64,000 nucleotides of DNA from the IMG/VR virus record IMGVR_UViG_3300042539_000942; one strand, given 5' to 3'. Under the pieces are notes generated by a model. The model was given only the letters and a program-made list of their open reading frames with translations, did not search any database and was not told the origin of the DNA. Within the stretch, counting starts at the first letter, position 1; each line of letters starts with the position of its first letter. Of this stretch, positions 46,143 to 55,270 are shown piece by piece. Source of the stretch: an uncultured virus (IMG/VR IMGVR_UViG_3300042539_000942). Taxonomy: Duplodnaviria; Heunggongvirae; Uroviricota; Caudoviricetes. Made by a program: the position numbers and the translations under genes.

Positions 46143-48027
46143 AGAAGAAATGGAAATCCAAGAAAAGGCACCTCCTGGTGCTAAGTATGAGCGTATGGTC
46201 AAACACATTAAAAAAAGTCTTGCTAAGAATGGTTTGACTGACAAAGAAAAAGCAATTGCTTATGCTACTACTTGGAAGTCATATAATAAAACTCATAAAG
46301 AAGAAGTAGAACAGATTGATGAGATTGCGCCTTTAGTTGCTGCTGGACTTGCTGCTGGTGGTATTGGATTAGCTGCAAATGCTATCGGAAGGGGGATGAA
46401 AAAATTTGTTGATACTCATTCAAATACTAAACCATCCGATTATAAAAACCAACAAGGTCTTGGTGCAAATCTTGCAAAGAAAAGAGAGATGTTGCAAAAA
46501 AATTCTTACCAACCAGAAGGTGAAATGGTTGATGAAGGGAAACAATCCTTCCCCGCAAAGAAAGTTGCAAAGCAAATGGAAAAGGCAAGAAAAGGTTCTG
46601 TTTATGGTAGAGAAACTGAAAACAAACCTAATCCCAATACAACTGATTCTGAAAAGAAAAACACAACTCGCTTTAGTAAGATGTTCCATGCATCCGAAAA
46701 GGCAAAAAGAGAAAAACAGAATGCTGATAAGGAAAGACGCTCATCAACTTTCTACAAGGATACACATCCTGCAAGTGCTCCTAAGATGAAGAAAGCAAAT
46801 GAAGAATTTGAAATTCTTGACGAAAGAAGAAAGGAAGATAAAGTAGCAGGTACTCCAAGAAAACCCCGTGATAAAGCATTTGAATTGGTTGCTAAATCTA
46901 TGGGAACTGGCAGAATGGGTGTTAAACCAAGAGGAGAGAAAAAGGAACCAGGCAAAAAACCACCTGTTGCGGGTGAGTATGGCGGACCTGCATCACCAGC
47001 ACAAAAAGTTGCAAAGCGTCGTGCTGATGCTCAAAGAGCACAGGACATGATGCATTCAAGATTTGATCATTTTGAAATGGATGGTGACGATCTTCAGGAG
47101 AAGTATCTTTATACTTATCTCTATGAGCGTAATTATGATGCTCTGGATAAGGATGCTGATGGTGATAAAGATTTTGCTGATGTAATGATTGCTAGAATGA
47201 TTGCTTCTGGAAAGAGTAGAGAAGATGCAATTAAAGCAACTATGAGTAAGGATTATAATAAAAAAGGCAAAAAAGTTAAAATCTCCGATGGATTTTCTGA
47301 TTGGAGAACTGAGATGGGAGAAGAACACGCAAAAAAGTCTCCATTCATTGACGTGATGCCTAAAGATGATACTTCGACTGATGAAAGTGAAAGTTTAAAA
47401 GCAGCAAGAAAGAGACAACAACCAAACCAAAAGGTAACAGCAGAAAGTCTTGAACAATTTGCTGATTCTATTGGTGGTTATCTTGTTGAAGCAGAGCAAA
47501 TTGATGAAAGCATTCTTGGTAGAGTTGTGACTACTGCATTTAAGACTGCAACTAAAGCAGCAAAACCTTCTCTTAAGTTGGGTACAGAAAAAGCAGGAGC
47601 TTTAGCAGTAGTGAGACCAGCAGAAAAAGCAGTTGAAAGGGGGGTAAAAACCTCTGCGATCGTAAAGGCAAAACCAAAAACAACTGCAATTGCAAAAGCA
47701 AAACCAAAAACAACTGCAATTACAAAAGCAAAACCAAAAACAACTGCAATCACAAAAGCAGAAACAAAAACCAGTACATTGGTAAAGCAGGACATTAAGA
47801 CTGGTGTTCCAGTAAAAGTAGAAACATCAGCAAAAGAACTTTCTAAACAAAAACCAAAAGTAATTGCTGCACCTGCAGACATTAAAACTGGGGGTACTAA
47901 ACCACCTGGAGGTGGTGGAGTTGTTGGTGGACCAAAGGGAAGAGGATTTGGTGGTCCAATTCCAATACCTGGGTTACCAAAATTGAATTATCAGCATGTA
48001 GTCGGGTACACACAAAATCCCCAATAA
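46132..48027 (+). CDS. Large modular basic hypothetical protein
   Basis: 631 aa ORF after ATAAATA (46098-46104); Lys-rich modules between acidic junctions. Confidence 0.7.
   Translation: MYDREEMEIQEKAPPGAKYERMVKHIKKSLAKNGLTDKEKAIAYATTWKSYNKTHKEEVEQIDEIAPLVAAGLAAGGIGLAANAIGRGMKKFVDTHSNTKPSDYKNQQGLGANLAKKREMLQKNSYQPEGEMVDEGKQSFPAKKVAKQMEKARKGSVYGRETENKPNPNTTDSEKKNTTRFSKMFHASEKAKREKQNADKERRSSTFYKDTHPASAPKMKKANEEFEILDERRKEDKVAGTPRKPRDKAFELVAKSMGTGRMGVKPRGEKKEPGKKPPVAGEYGGPASPAQKVAKRRADAQRAQDMMHSRFDHFEMDGDDLQEKYLYTYLYERNYDALDKDADGDKDFADVMIARMIASGKSREDAIKATMSKDYNKKGKKVKISDGFSDWRTEMGEEHAKKSPFIDVMPKDDTSTDESESLKAARKRQQPNQKVTAESLEQFADSIGGYLVEAEQIDESILGRVVTTAFKTATKAAKPSLKLGTEKAGALAVVRPAEKAVERGVKTSAIVKAKPKTTAIAKAKPKTTAITKAKPKTTAITKAETKTSTLVKQDIKTGVPVKVETSAKELSKQKPKVIAAPADIKTGGTKPPGGGGVVGGPKGRGFGGPIPIPGLPKLNYQHVVGYTQNPQ
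47668..47772 (+). repeat. 30-bp coding tandem repeat (about 3.5 copies; AKPKTTAI[A/T]K)
   Basis: GCAAAACCAAAAACAACTGCAATYRCAAAA at 47668, 47698 and 47728, plus a partial copy. Confidence 0.9.
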
Positions 48028-48059
48028 ATAAATAGTTTTATTGTAATCAGGAGGTCATC

Positions 48060-48239
48060 ATGTCTGCAGTAATCGCATGGGCAATCGCTAATCAAGCACT
48101 TATCGCAACTGTACTTTTTGCAGTTTCGGAAGCACTTGGAGCAAATCCAAAGGTAAAATCAAACGGTATTCTTTCACTCATTCTTCTTCAAGTTCAAGCA
48201 CAACTAAAGAACAAGGGTGCTAAAGATCTAACACCTTAG
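48060..48239 (+). CDS. Small membrane protein (holin-like), not in ORF track
   Basis: AGGAGG SD; 59 aa MSAVIAWAIANQALIATVLFAVSEALGANPKVKSNGILSLILLQV... Confidence 0.7.
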   Translation: MSAVIAWAIANQALIATVLFAVSEALGANPKVKSNGILSLILLQVQAQLKNKGAKDLTP

Positions 48240-48248
48240 AAATTTTAA

Positions 48249-48278
48249 AAGAGGTTCTATTACTAGAACCTCTTTTTT
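48249..48278 (+). terminator. Intrinsic terminator overlapping late promoter TATAAATA (48278-48285)
   Basis: AAGAGGTTCTA-TTAC-TAGAACCTCTT-TTTT. Confidence 0.85.
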
Positions 48279-48311
48279 ATAAATAATAACAGGAATTTAT
48301 AGGGAAGGAAC

Positions 48312-48869
48312 ATGTCTCTTTGGGGCGATACGGATGCAGTACCATCAGCAATAACTGCAACAGTTACGTTGGTTGGTAATACTGTTACTGGAACTGGTAC
48401 ATCATTTGGTCTTGCTGGATGTGCTTCAACTGGTGACATCATTAGATTTGGTGCTCCCAGCAGAGGAGCAACTGGTGCAGGACATACTTATTACGGTGAT
48501 GCTGTAATCACTGGTATTACTAGTGAAACAATTTGTACAATTGGTTCAACTGCTGGATTGAGTGATTATGCTGGACTGAGCACACATTTCACTGTCAGCA
48601 GATATCCAAAGTATCTTGTTAAAGATTCTCTGTATAGTCAGACAAGAACTGATGCAGATGCAGTTGTTTATGGTATTTCTACAACATCATCTACAACTTA
48701 TTCTGTAACTCATCAAGGTTGGGTGGGTGTTACCACTTACATTGACAATCATGGAAATCTGAGAGTGAAGAATGAAGTTATGGTAGCAATGTCTGGCATC
48801 ACCACAACTGCTGATGTTATTAACTCAACTCCATCAATTACTTTCCCAACTGACGCTGGACGTTCTTGA
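48312..48869 (+). CDS. Hypothetical virion structural protein
   Basis: MSLWG..H.GWVGVTTYID.HGNLRVK.E..VAMS motifs; late promoter upstream. Confidence 0.7.
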   Translation: MSLWGDTDAVPSAITATVTLVGNTVTGTGTSFGLAGCASTGDIIRFGAPSRGATGAGHTYYGDAVITGITSETICTIGSTAGLSDYAGLSTHFTVSRYPKYLVKDSLYSQTRTDADAVVYGISTTSSTTYSVTHQGWVGVTTYIDNHGNLRVKNEVMVAMSGITTTADVINSTPSITFPTDAGRS

Positions 48870-48880
48870 TAAGATAGAAT

Positions 48881-49252
48881 ATGAGATTTGATGAGTTGAA
48901 TGAAAATAATTATTTAATGTTTGCCATTAAAAATTATGAAAATCCTCAAGCTGTTACGCAAGAGGATTTTTATCAAGACCTAAAGAGATTCAAGTACATT
49001 ACTCGTCTCTTTAGGCATTATAAAAAAACAGGTGAGTTGAAGTATCATTTAATTCTCAATCATTTCATTTGTCTTTATAATGTTTTTGGTGAAGCAGCAA
49101 CTCCTTTGATTTTCTTCAAGATGGATAATGAGTTTTGGTCTTTAATTAAAACATTCTTATTTTATCTTGATAGAATTCCTGAGTATCCAAGATCAATTTT
49201 GAATGAAATTCCAATAGATGAAATTTGCTTAAATTGCTTAAAAAAGGTATGA
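48881..49252 (+). CDS. Conserved T4-like phage hypothetical protein
   Basis: F..DLKRFKY..LILNH..LYNVFG motif. Confidence 0.75.
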   Translation: MRFDELNENNYLMFAIKNYENPQAVTQEDFYQDLKRFKYITRLFRHYKKTGELKYHLILNHFICLYNVFGEAATPLIFFKMDNEFWSLIKTFLFYLDRIPEYPRSILNEIPIDEICLNCLKKV

Positions 49253-49458
49253 TGAATCCCAGAAAGTTGGATAAAATAATCGGAATCATTAAGGATCTCA
49301 AAGAAGATGCTGCAATTGCAAATTCATTATCTGGTGGAAAAATTGCGGGAACAGTTGAAGCAGGAGACAATCCTCCTGTTGATTTAAGAAAGAAAAGAAA
49401 TTGGAATCCATTTTTTAAAAATCTTGCAAAAGTTCAAAGAAGAAAATCATCAAAATAG
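49249..49458 (+). CDS. Small hypothetical protein
   Basis: IAGTVEAGDNPPV motif; overlaps the upstream stop. Confidence 0.6.
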   Translation: MMNPRKLDKIIGIIKDLKEDAAIANSLSGGKIAGTVEAGDNPPVDLRKKRNWNPFFKNLAKVQRRKSSK

Positions 49459-49466
49459 ATAAGGCA

Positions 49467-49889
49467 ATGTTTCCACCATCATCCACAGATACAAAAATTG
49501 CAATCTTAGAAGAAAGATTATCTGTGTATGAACAGATGATGGAAAGAATTGATACTGCAATTCAAAAGATTGGAGAGACAAGTCAAAACATAAGTCAGAT
49601 GCTTGCTATTCATAATGAAAAGATTGAACAGTGTAACCGAACAGACAATATTATCGTAAAGATGATTGAGGATATTAAAGTATCATCAAAAGAGCAACAC
49701 GAAGCAATTAGTAAAGAACTTGGTGAAAGAATAGAAAAGGTAGAAGAAAAGGTAGAAGAAATATCTCAGTTCAAATGGAAAGCAGTTGGAGCAATTGCAA
49801 TCGTTGCATTTATAATTGGAATTTTTCCAACAGTAAGTTCTTTCTTGACATCTCATAATTCCCCTGCTACACTAGAGAGAGCAAGATAA
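49467..49889 (+). CDS. Coiled-coil protein with C-terminal transmembrane segment
   Basis: Heptad repeats, then WKAVGAIAIVAFIIGIF. Confidence 0.7.
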   Translation: MFPPSSTDTKIAILEERLSVYEQMMERIDTAIQKIGETSQNISQMLAIHNEKIEQCNRTDNIIVKMIEDIKVSSKEQHEAISKELGERIEKVEEKVEEISQFKWKAVGAIAIVAFIIGIFPTVSSFLTSHNSPATLERAR

Positions 49890-49904
49890 TACCTCTCTTT
49901 TGTA

Positions 49905-50906
49905 ATGAGTTTTATTGAAAGCAAATATGTTGGATTGATTTCTGTCCGACTTCGAAAATTTTCAAAGAAAAAAATTGGTCTCTACAACTTTCGCTGCCCT
50001 TATTGTGGAGACTCACAGAAATACAAAAACAGAGCAAGAGGTTATCTATATCAATTAAAAAATGATTATAATTTTAAGTGCCATAATTGCGGAGTAACCA
50101 GAACATTTGCTAATTTCTTAAAGGATCAAGACAGATCTCTTTATGATGAGTATGTGATGGAAAGGTATAAGGAAGGTTTAACTGGAAAAGCAACAACTGT
50201 TGCCCAACCAGAATTTAATTTCAAAAAACCAGAATTTAAAACCAAATCAATTTTATCTGAATTGGATACTATTGATTCACTAAATACATCACATCCAGCA
50301 AAACAATACCTCATAAACAGAAAAATTTCAGAAAAAGATCTAAAAAAAATTTACTATTGTCCAGAATTTAAGAAATGGACAAACAAACACATTCAGATCT
50401 TTGATAGCATAGATTTAGACGACGAAAGAATTATTATCCCATTAAAAGATTTGGATGGAAATCTTTTTGGTTATCAAGGTCGATCTTTAAATCCAAATGC
50501 AAAACTTAGATACATTACAATTATGTTGGATGAATCTGTTCCTAAAGTTTATGGATTAGACCAAATTGATAAAAATGAACTTGTATACATCACTGAAGGA
50601 CCATTTGACTCATTATTCATACGCAACGCGGTTGCTATGTGCGGAGCTGATGTTTATCTTGATAACTGGGGTATTAACGATGTGGTTTGGGTATATGATA
50701 ACGAACCACGTAACCAGCAAATTGTATCAAGAATCTCCCGTGTCGTTGAGAATGGACAAAAAGTTGTAATTTGGCCTTCATCAATAAAAGAAAAAGACAT
50801 CAATGAGATGGTGTTATCTGGTTATGATGTTGAAAATGTGGTAAAATCAAATACTTACCAAGGTCTTGAAGCAAAGTTAAAACTACTAGAATGGAAGAAA
50901 GTATGA
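49905..50906 (+). CDS. gp61: DNA primase gp61
   Basis: CPYCGDS..CHNC zinc finger and TOPRIM EGPFDS; promoter TTGACA-17-TACACT at 49845-49873. Confidence 0.95.
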   Translation: MSFIESKYVGLISVRLRKFSKKKIGLYNFRCPYCGDSQKYKNRARGYLYQLKNDYNFKCHNCGVTRTFANFLKDQDRSLYDEYVMERYKEGLTGKATTVAQPEFNFKKPEFKTKSILSELDTIDSLNTSHPAKQYLINRKISEKDLKKIYYCPEFKKWTNKHIQIFDSIDLDDERIIIPLKDLDGNLFGYQGRSLNPNAKLRYITIMLDESVPKVYGLDQIDKNELVYITEGPFDSLFIRNAVAMCGADVYLDNWGINDVVWVYDNEPRNQQIVSRISRVVENGQKVVIWPSSIKEKDINEMVLSGYDVENVVKSNTYQGLEAKLKLLEWKKV

Positions 50907-53197
50907 GCAACGGTACAAAGGTTAAAAAACGTAATGGAAATCTTGAACCATTGAATCTTGATAAGATTCACATGATGGTTGATTGTGCTTGTGGAGGTCT
51001 CTCTGGTGTTTCTCCATCGCAAGTTGAAATTAATTCTGGAATTCAATTCTATGATGGAATTAGCACAAATGAAATTCAAGAAATTTTGGTTAGGTCTGCT
51101 AGTGATTTGATCAGTCTTGATTCTCCTAATTATCAGTTTGTTGCTGCTCGCCTTCTTTTGTTTGGTCTTTATAAACAAGTATTTGGTGATGAGTGGAAAA
51201 CTGGATTTCCCCAGATCGGAGATCATCTTTATAGTGGTATTATGAAGGGGATCTATGATAAAGAATTATCTTCAAAGTATACTGACGAAGAGTGGGATAA
51301 AATCAATTCATGGATTGATCATGAACGTGATTATTTGTTTACTTATGCTGGTCTTCGTCAGGTTGTAGATAAATATCTGGTACAGGATAGAAGCAGTGGG
51401 AGTGTCTTTGAGACACCACAATACGCTTACATGTTGGTTTCCGCAACCATCTTTGCAGAGTACCCTAAAGAAACTAGACTTTCATACGTTAAAAAATATT
51501 ACGATGCGATCAGTAAGCACAAAATCAACGTTCCAACTCCCATCTTGGCAGGAGTTAGAACGCCTCTCAGACAATTTGCAAGCTGTGTTCTTGTTGATGT
51601 TGATGACACCCTCGACAGCATCTTTAGCAGTGACATGGCTATTGGTAGGTATGTTGCTCAGAGGGCAGGAATCGGTATTAACGCGGGTAGAATCCGTGGT
51701 ATCAACAGTAAAATTAGAGGCGGAGAGGTTGCCCATACTGGCATTGTACCATTCCTCAAAAAATTTGAGGCAACTGTCCGATGCTGCACTCAAAATGGCA
51801 TCAGAGGTGGATCTGCTACGGTCCACTTTCCAATCTGGCACCAAGAAATAGAAGACATTATTGTTCTTAAAAACAATAAGGGTACGGAGGACAATCGTGT
51901 TCGCAAACTTGACTACAGTATTCAAATCAGCAAACTCTTCTATGAAAGGTTCATTCAAGATGGTGAGATCACGCTTTTCTCCCCGCATGATGTCCCTAGA
52001 CTTTATGATTCTTTCGGAACAATTGAGTTTGACTCTCTTTACATTGGATACGAAAACAATCCGACCATTCCGAAAAAAACTATTAAAGCGCAAGAACTCA
52101 TTCTTAGTCTCCTCAAAGAACGTGCTGAGACGGGTCGTATCTACATCATGAACATTGATCATTGCAACTCACACTCTTCATTTATTGATAAAGTTGAGAT
52201 GAGCAATCTGTGTCAAGAAATTACTCTACCTACAAAACCACTTACTCACATTGATGATCCAGATGGTGAAATTGCACTTTGCATTCTTTCTGCAATCAAT
52301 GTAGGTAAAATCAAGCACATAGAAGAAATGGAAGAACTTTGTGATCTTTCAGTTCGTTCTTTGGATGAGTTGATTGATTATCAAAACTATCCAATTGTTG
52401 CTGCCGAGAAGTCTACTAAAGCACGTAGATCTTTGGGTATTGGTTACATTGGTTTGGCACATTATCTTGCTCGTCACAATGTCAAGTATAGTGATAATGC
52501 AGCATGGGATCTTGTTCATGAACTTACTGAAGCATTTCAGTATTATCTTCTCAAGTCATCAAACAAACTTGCAGAAGAAAAAGGTAAGTGTGAATACTTT
52601 GACAAAACCAAATACTCACAAGGTATTCTTCCTATAGATACTTATAAGAAAGACGTTGATGAAATTATAAACCAGGAGTATAAGTATGACTGGGAAGAGT
52701 TACGCAGAAAGATTATGGATGGAGGTTTACGGAACTCCACCTTGTCTGCTCAGATGCCATCAGAAAGCAGTTCCGTTGTGTCTAATGCCACAAACGGAAT
52801 TGAGCCGCCTAGAGGGTATTTGTCCACTAAAAAGTCGAAGAAAGGTCCGCTCAAACAAATTGTTCCTCAATATCAAACTCTTAAGAATAGTTACACTCTT
52901 CTTTGGGACATGCTTGATAATACTGGGTATATTAATATTGTTTCTATAATGCAAAAATTCTTTGATCAAGCAATCAGTGGTAACTGGAGTTATAATCCAG
53001 AGAACTATCCTGATAATGAAGTTCCAGTATCTGAAATGGCAAAGGACTTGTTGAGGACTTATAAGTATGGATGGAAGACATCCTATTATCAGAATACTTA
53101 TGATAATAAGACTGATGAAGTTCAAGAAGAAAAAAATAATCTAATTGACAGTATTTTAAATTCTGTGGAGGAAGATTGCGAATCTTGTAAGATTTAA
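50903..53197 (+). CDS. nrdA: Class Ia ribonucleotide reductase alpha subunit
   Basis: ATP cone, PTP..AG, SNLCQEI and C-terminal CESCKI. Confidence 0.97.
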   Translation: MSNGTKVKKRNGNLEPLNLDKIHMMVDCACGGLSGVSPSQVEINSGIQFYDGISTNEIQEILVRSASDLISLDSPNYQFVAARLLLFGLYKQVFGDEWKTGFPQIGDHLYSGIMKGIYDKELSSKYTDEEWDKINSWIDHERDYLFTYAGLRQVVDKYLVQDRSSGSVFETPQYAYMLVSATIFAEYPKETRLSYVKKYYDAISKHKINVPTPILAGVRTPLRQFASCVLVDVDDTLDSIFSSDMAIGRYVAQRAGIGINAGRIRGINSKIRGGEVAHTGIVPFLKKFEATVRCCTQNGIRGGSATVHFPIWHQEIEDIIVLKNNKGTEDNRVRKLDYSIQISKLFYERFIQDGEITLFSPHDVPRLYDSFGTIEFDSLYIGYENNPTIPKKTIKAQELILSLLKERAETGRIYIMNIDHCNSHSSFIDKVEMSNLCQEITLPTKPLTHIDDPDGEIALCILSAINVGKIKHIEEMEELCDLSVRSLDELIDYQNYPIVAAEKSTKARRSLGIGYIGLAHYLARHNVKYSDNAAWDLVHELTEAFQYYLLKSSNKLAEEKGKCEYFDKTKYSQGILPIDTYKKDVDEIINQEYKYDWEELRRKIMDGGLRNSTLSAQMPSESSSVVSNATNGIEPPRGYLSTKKSKKGPLKQIVPQYQTLKNSYTLLWDMLDNTGYINIVSIMQKFFDQAISGNWSYNPENYPDNEVPVSEMAKDLLRTYKYGWKTSYYQNTYDNKTDEVQEEKNNLIDSILNSVEEDCESCKI

Positions 53198-53233
53198 TTT
53201 TGTTATAGTAAACCTTAAAGTTAGGAGAGTTTT

Positions 53234-54373
53234 ATGAAAGGAATGACAGTTTTTAATACAAAAGATGTTGAAACTAAAAAGCAACCAATGTTTTTTGGTC
53301 AACCTTTGGGTGTTCAAAGATATGATTCTTACAAGTATCCAATTTTTGATAAATTGACAACACAGCAACTGGGATATTTTTGGAGACCTGAAGAGGTTTC
53401 TCTTCAGAAAGATCGTGCTGATTATCAAACACTTCGTCCCGAACAAAAGCACATCTTTACTTCTAATCTGAAGTATCAGATCATGCTTGATTCTGTTCAG
53501 GGTCGTGGTCCTGGTATGGCATTTCTTCCTTATTGTTCTCTTCCTGAATTGGAAGCATGTATAACTGTGTGGGAATTTATGGAAATGATTCACTCACGTT
53601 CATACACATACATTATCAAAAATGTTTATTCAGATCCATCTGAAGTTTTTGATCAAATTTTACATAATGATAAAATTTTAGAGAGAGCATCTTCTGTGAC
53701 TAGTTCATACGATGATTTTATTAACTCAGCACAAGAATATGGAACTTCTAATGCATGGAAATTTGCACAAGAAGGTGCAGGATATGCAAGAGAAGAACGT
53801 ATTGAACTTAAAAGAAAACTTTATCGTGCAATTTCAAATGTCAACATTCTCGAAGGTATCAGGTTTTATGTCTCGTTCGCTTGCAGCTTTGCGTTCGGAG
53901 AACTTAAACTTATGGAGGGATCCGCTAAAATTATCTCTCTCATCGCCAGAGACGAAAATCAACACCTTGTCATTACTCAGAACATCCTCAATAAGTGGCG
54001 CGAAGGAGATGATCCAGAGATGCAACAAATTGCTAAAGAGGAAGAAGAATGGGTAGCATCTGCATTTGAAAACTGTGCCAATCAGGAAAAATCCTGGGCA
54101 CAATACTTATTCAAAGACGGATCTATCATTGGTCTGAATGATAAGTTGCTCAACAATTATGTCGAATGGATTACCAATCGTCGTATGAAATCTATTGGTT
54201 TGAAACCCCTGTATGATGTTTCTGCGAAGAATAATCCACTTCCATGGACCGAGCATTGGATCTCCTCTAAGGGTCTTCAAGTGGCACCACAGGAGACGGA
54301 AGTGGAGTCCTACGTTGTTGGTGGCATCAAACAGGATGTCACCAGAGATACGTTTGCAGGATTTAAACTGTAA
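53234..54373 (+). CDS. nrdB: Ribonucleotide reductase beta subunit
   Basis: FWRPEE, EMIHSRSY, EGIRFY, RDE..H and APQETE..SY motifs. Confidence 0.97.
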   Translation: MKGMTVFNTKDVETKKQPMFFGQPLGVQRYDSYKYPIFDKLTTQQLGYFWRPEEVSLQKDRADYQTLRPEQKHIFTSNLKYQIMLDSVQGRGPGMAFLPYCSLPELEACITVWEFMEMIHSRSYTYIIKNVYSDPSEVFDQILHNDKILERASSVTSSYDDFINSAQEYGTSNAWKFAQEGAGYAREERIELKRKLYRAISNVNILEGIRFYVSFACSFAFGELKLMEGSAKIISLIARDENQHLVITQNILNKWREGDDPEMQQIAKEEEEWVASAFENCANQEKSWAQYLFKDGSIIGLNDKLLNNYVEWITNRRMKSIGLKPLYDVSAKNNPLPWTEHWISSKGLQVAPQETEVESYVVGGIKQDVTRDTFAGFKL

Positions 54374-54383
54374 CAAATGTTAC
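54370..54383 (+). promoter_or_regulatory. Putative NtcA-binding site
   Basis: t-GTA-ACAAATGT-TAC-a, a perfect GTA-N8-TAC palindrome just upstream of the riboswitch leader. Confidence 0.6.
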
Positions 54384-54407
54384 AAAAGAAATTGTATAAA
54401 TTATTAT

Positions 54408-54633
54408 AACGTTCATTCGCTATTTGCAAATAGCGAACGGAAGTAAGACGACTCGGAACGGAACGTTCATCTATGGAAGCACTCATTCTAACGTGCCTAC
54501 AAGCACAGTTAATGATTGGGAGAGTTCATAAGGTTGTTATCCCAAAACAAGCCAAGAATGATTTGATTTGGGAAATCAAACAAATTACTCCAAAAGAGTG
54601 TAAAATAGACGCAAAAGCCGACTGAAGGAACGC
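54408..54633 (+). promoter_or_regulatory. Tandem glutamine riboswitch-like RNA (glnA / Downstream-peptide class)
   Basis: Unit 1: CGTTCA-[TTCGCTATTT GC AAATAGCGAA]-CGGAAGTAAG..GAACGGAACG. Unit 2: CGTTCATCTAT...ATAGACGCAAAAGCCGACTGAAGGAACG. Confidence 0.7.
54473..54625 (+). CDS. 50-aa ORF nested in the second aptamer
   Basis: MEALILTCLQAQLMIGRVHKVVIPKQAKNDLIWEIKQITPKECKIDAKAD*. Confidence 0.55.
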   Translation: MEALILTCLQAQLMIGRVHKVVIPKQAKNDLIWEIKQITPKECKIDAKAD

Positions 54634-54665
54634 CACCTAACTCACTAAGTAAAGGAGCAAACCTA

Positions 54666-54797
54666 ATGACAACAGCAACCTATCGTGGCGTTAAGTATAA
54701 CGTCGAAGATCGTAAGATCAATGTACTTCAACTCATTAAAGAACAGATTGAAAAGGAGCAACGCCGTAAAGATGCACAAATAGCAGCAATTAAATGA
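54666..54797 (+). CDS. DUF4278-like small protein
   Basis: AAGGAG SD; 43 aa MTTATYRGVKYN... with a YRGVxY motif; downstream of the riboswitch. Confidence 0.72.
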   Translation: MTTATYRGVKYNVEDRKINVLQLIKEQIEKEQRRKDAQIAAIK

Positions 54798-54851
54798 AAA
54801 TAAGGATTAAGATTTTTTAATCTTAATTCTACATTAGTATGCTGTGATACT

Positions 54852-54889
54852 AAGAGGGTCTTGACAGACCCTCTTTTTTTGTGTATAAT
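54852..54889 (+). terminator. Intrinsic terminator overlapping a consensus sigma70 promoter
   Basis: AAGAGGGTCT-TGAC-AGACCCTCTT-TTTTT; TTGACA (54861) -17- TATAAT (54884). Confidence 0.8.
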
Positions 54890-54934
54890 AACTCTGTCAG
54901 GGTTGATAGATAGTATTAGATATAATAATACTAT

Positions 54935-55270
54935 ATGAAGACTAGTAGTGCAAAGAACAAAGGAAGAACACTACAGAAATGGGTTGTAGAAAAACTCATA
55001 GAAACATTCAACATTCATCCAGAGGATATTAAATCCTGTTCTATGGGAGCAGGAGGGGAAGATGTTGTAATGGCAAGAGCAGCAAGAGAGAAGTTTCCTT
55101 TTAGTGTTGAGTGTAAAAATGTTGAGAAACTCAATGTATGGGAAGCATACGAACAAGCAAAAAGTAACTGCAATGGTTATGAACCAATAGTGATTATGAA
55201 AAAGAATCATAAGAAACCGTTAGTTGTTATAGATGCTGAGTTTTTTATTAGTCATTTTGGCAAATCTTGA
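54935..55270 (+). CDS. Putative Holliday-junction-resolvase-like PD-(D/E)XK nuclease
   Basis: SAKNKGR.LQ, GED and SVECKN motifs. Confidence 0.6.
   Translation: MKTSSAKNKGRTLQKWVVEKLIETFNIHPEDIKSCSMGAGGEDVVMARAAREKFPFSVECKNVEKLNVWEAYEQAKSNCNGYEPIVIMKKNHKKPLVVIDAEFFISHFGKS

Noticed and set aside
47668..47772. 30-bp repeats as a possible CRISPR array
   Set aside because: The repeats are head-to-tail with no spacers and in frame within a CDS. No CRISPR array or cas gene was seen in the window.
37406..54373. Introns or inteins in gp43, gp41, nrdA, nrdB (and gp17)
   Set aside because: All are continuous ORFs of normal length with no intein or intron signatures.
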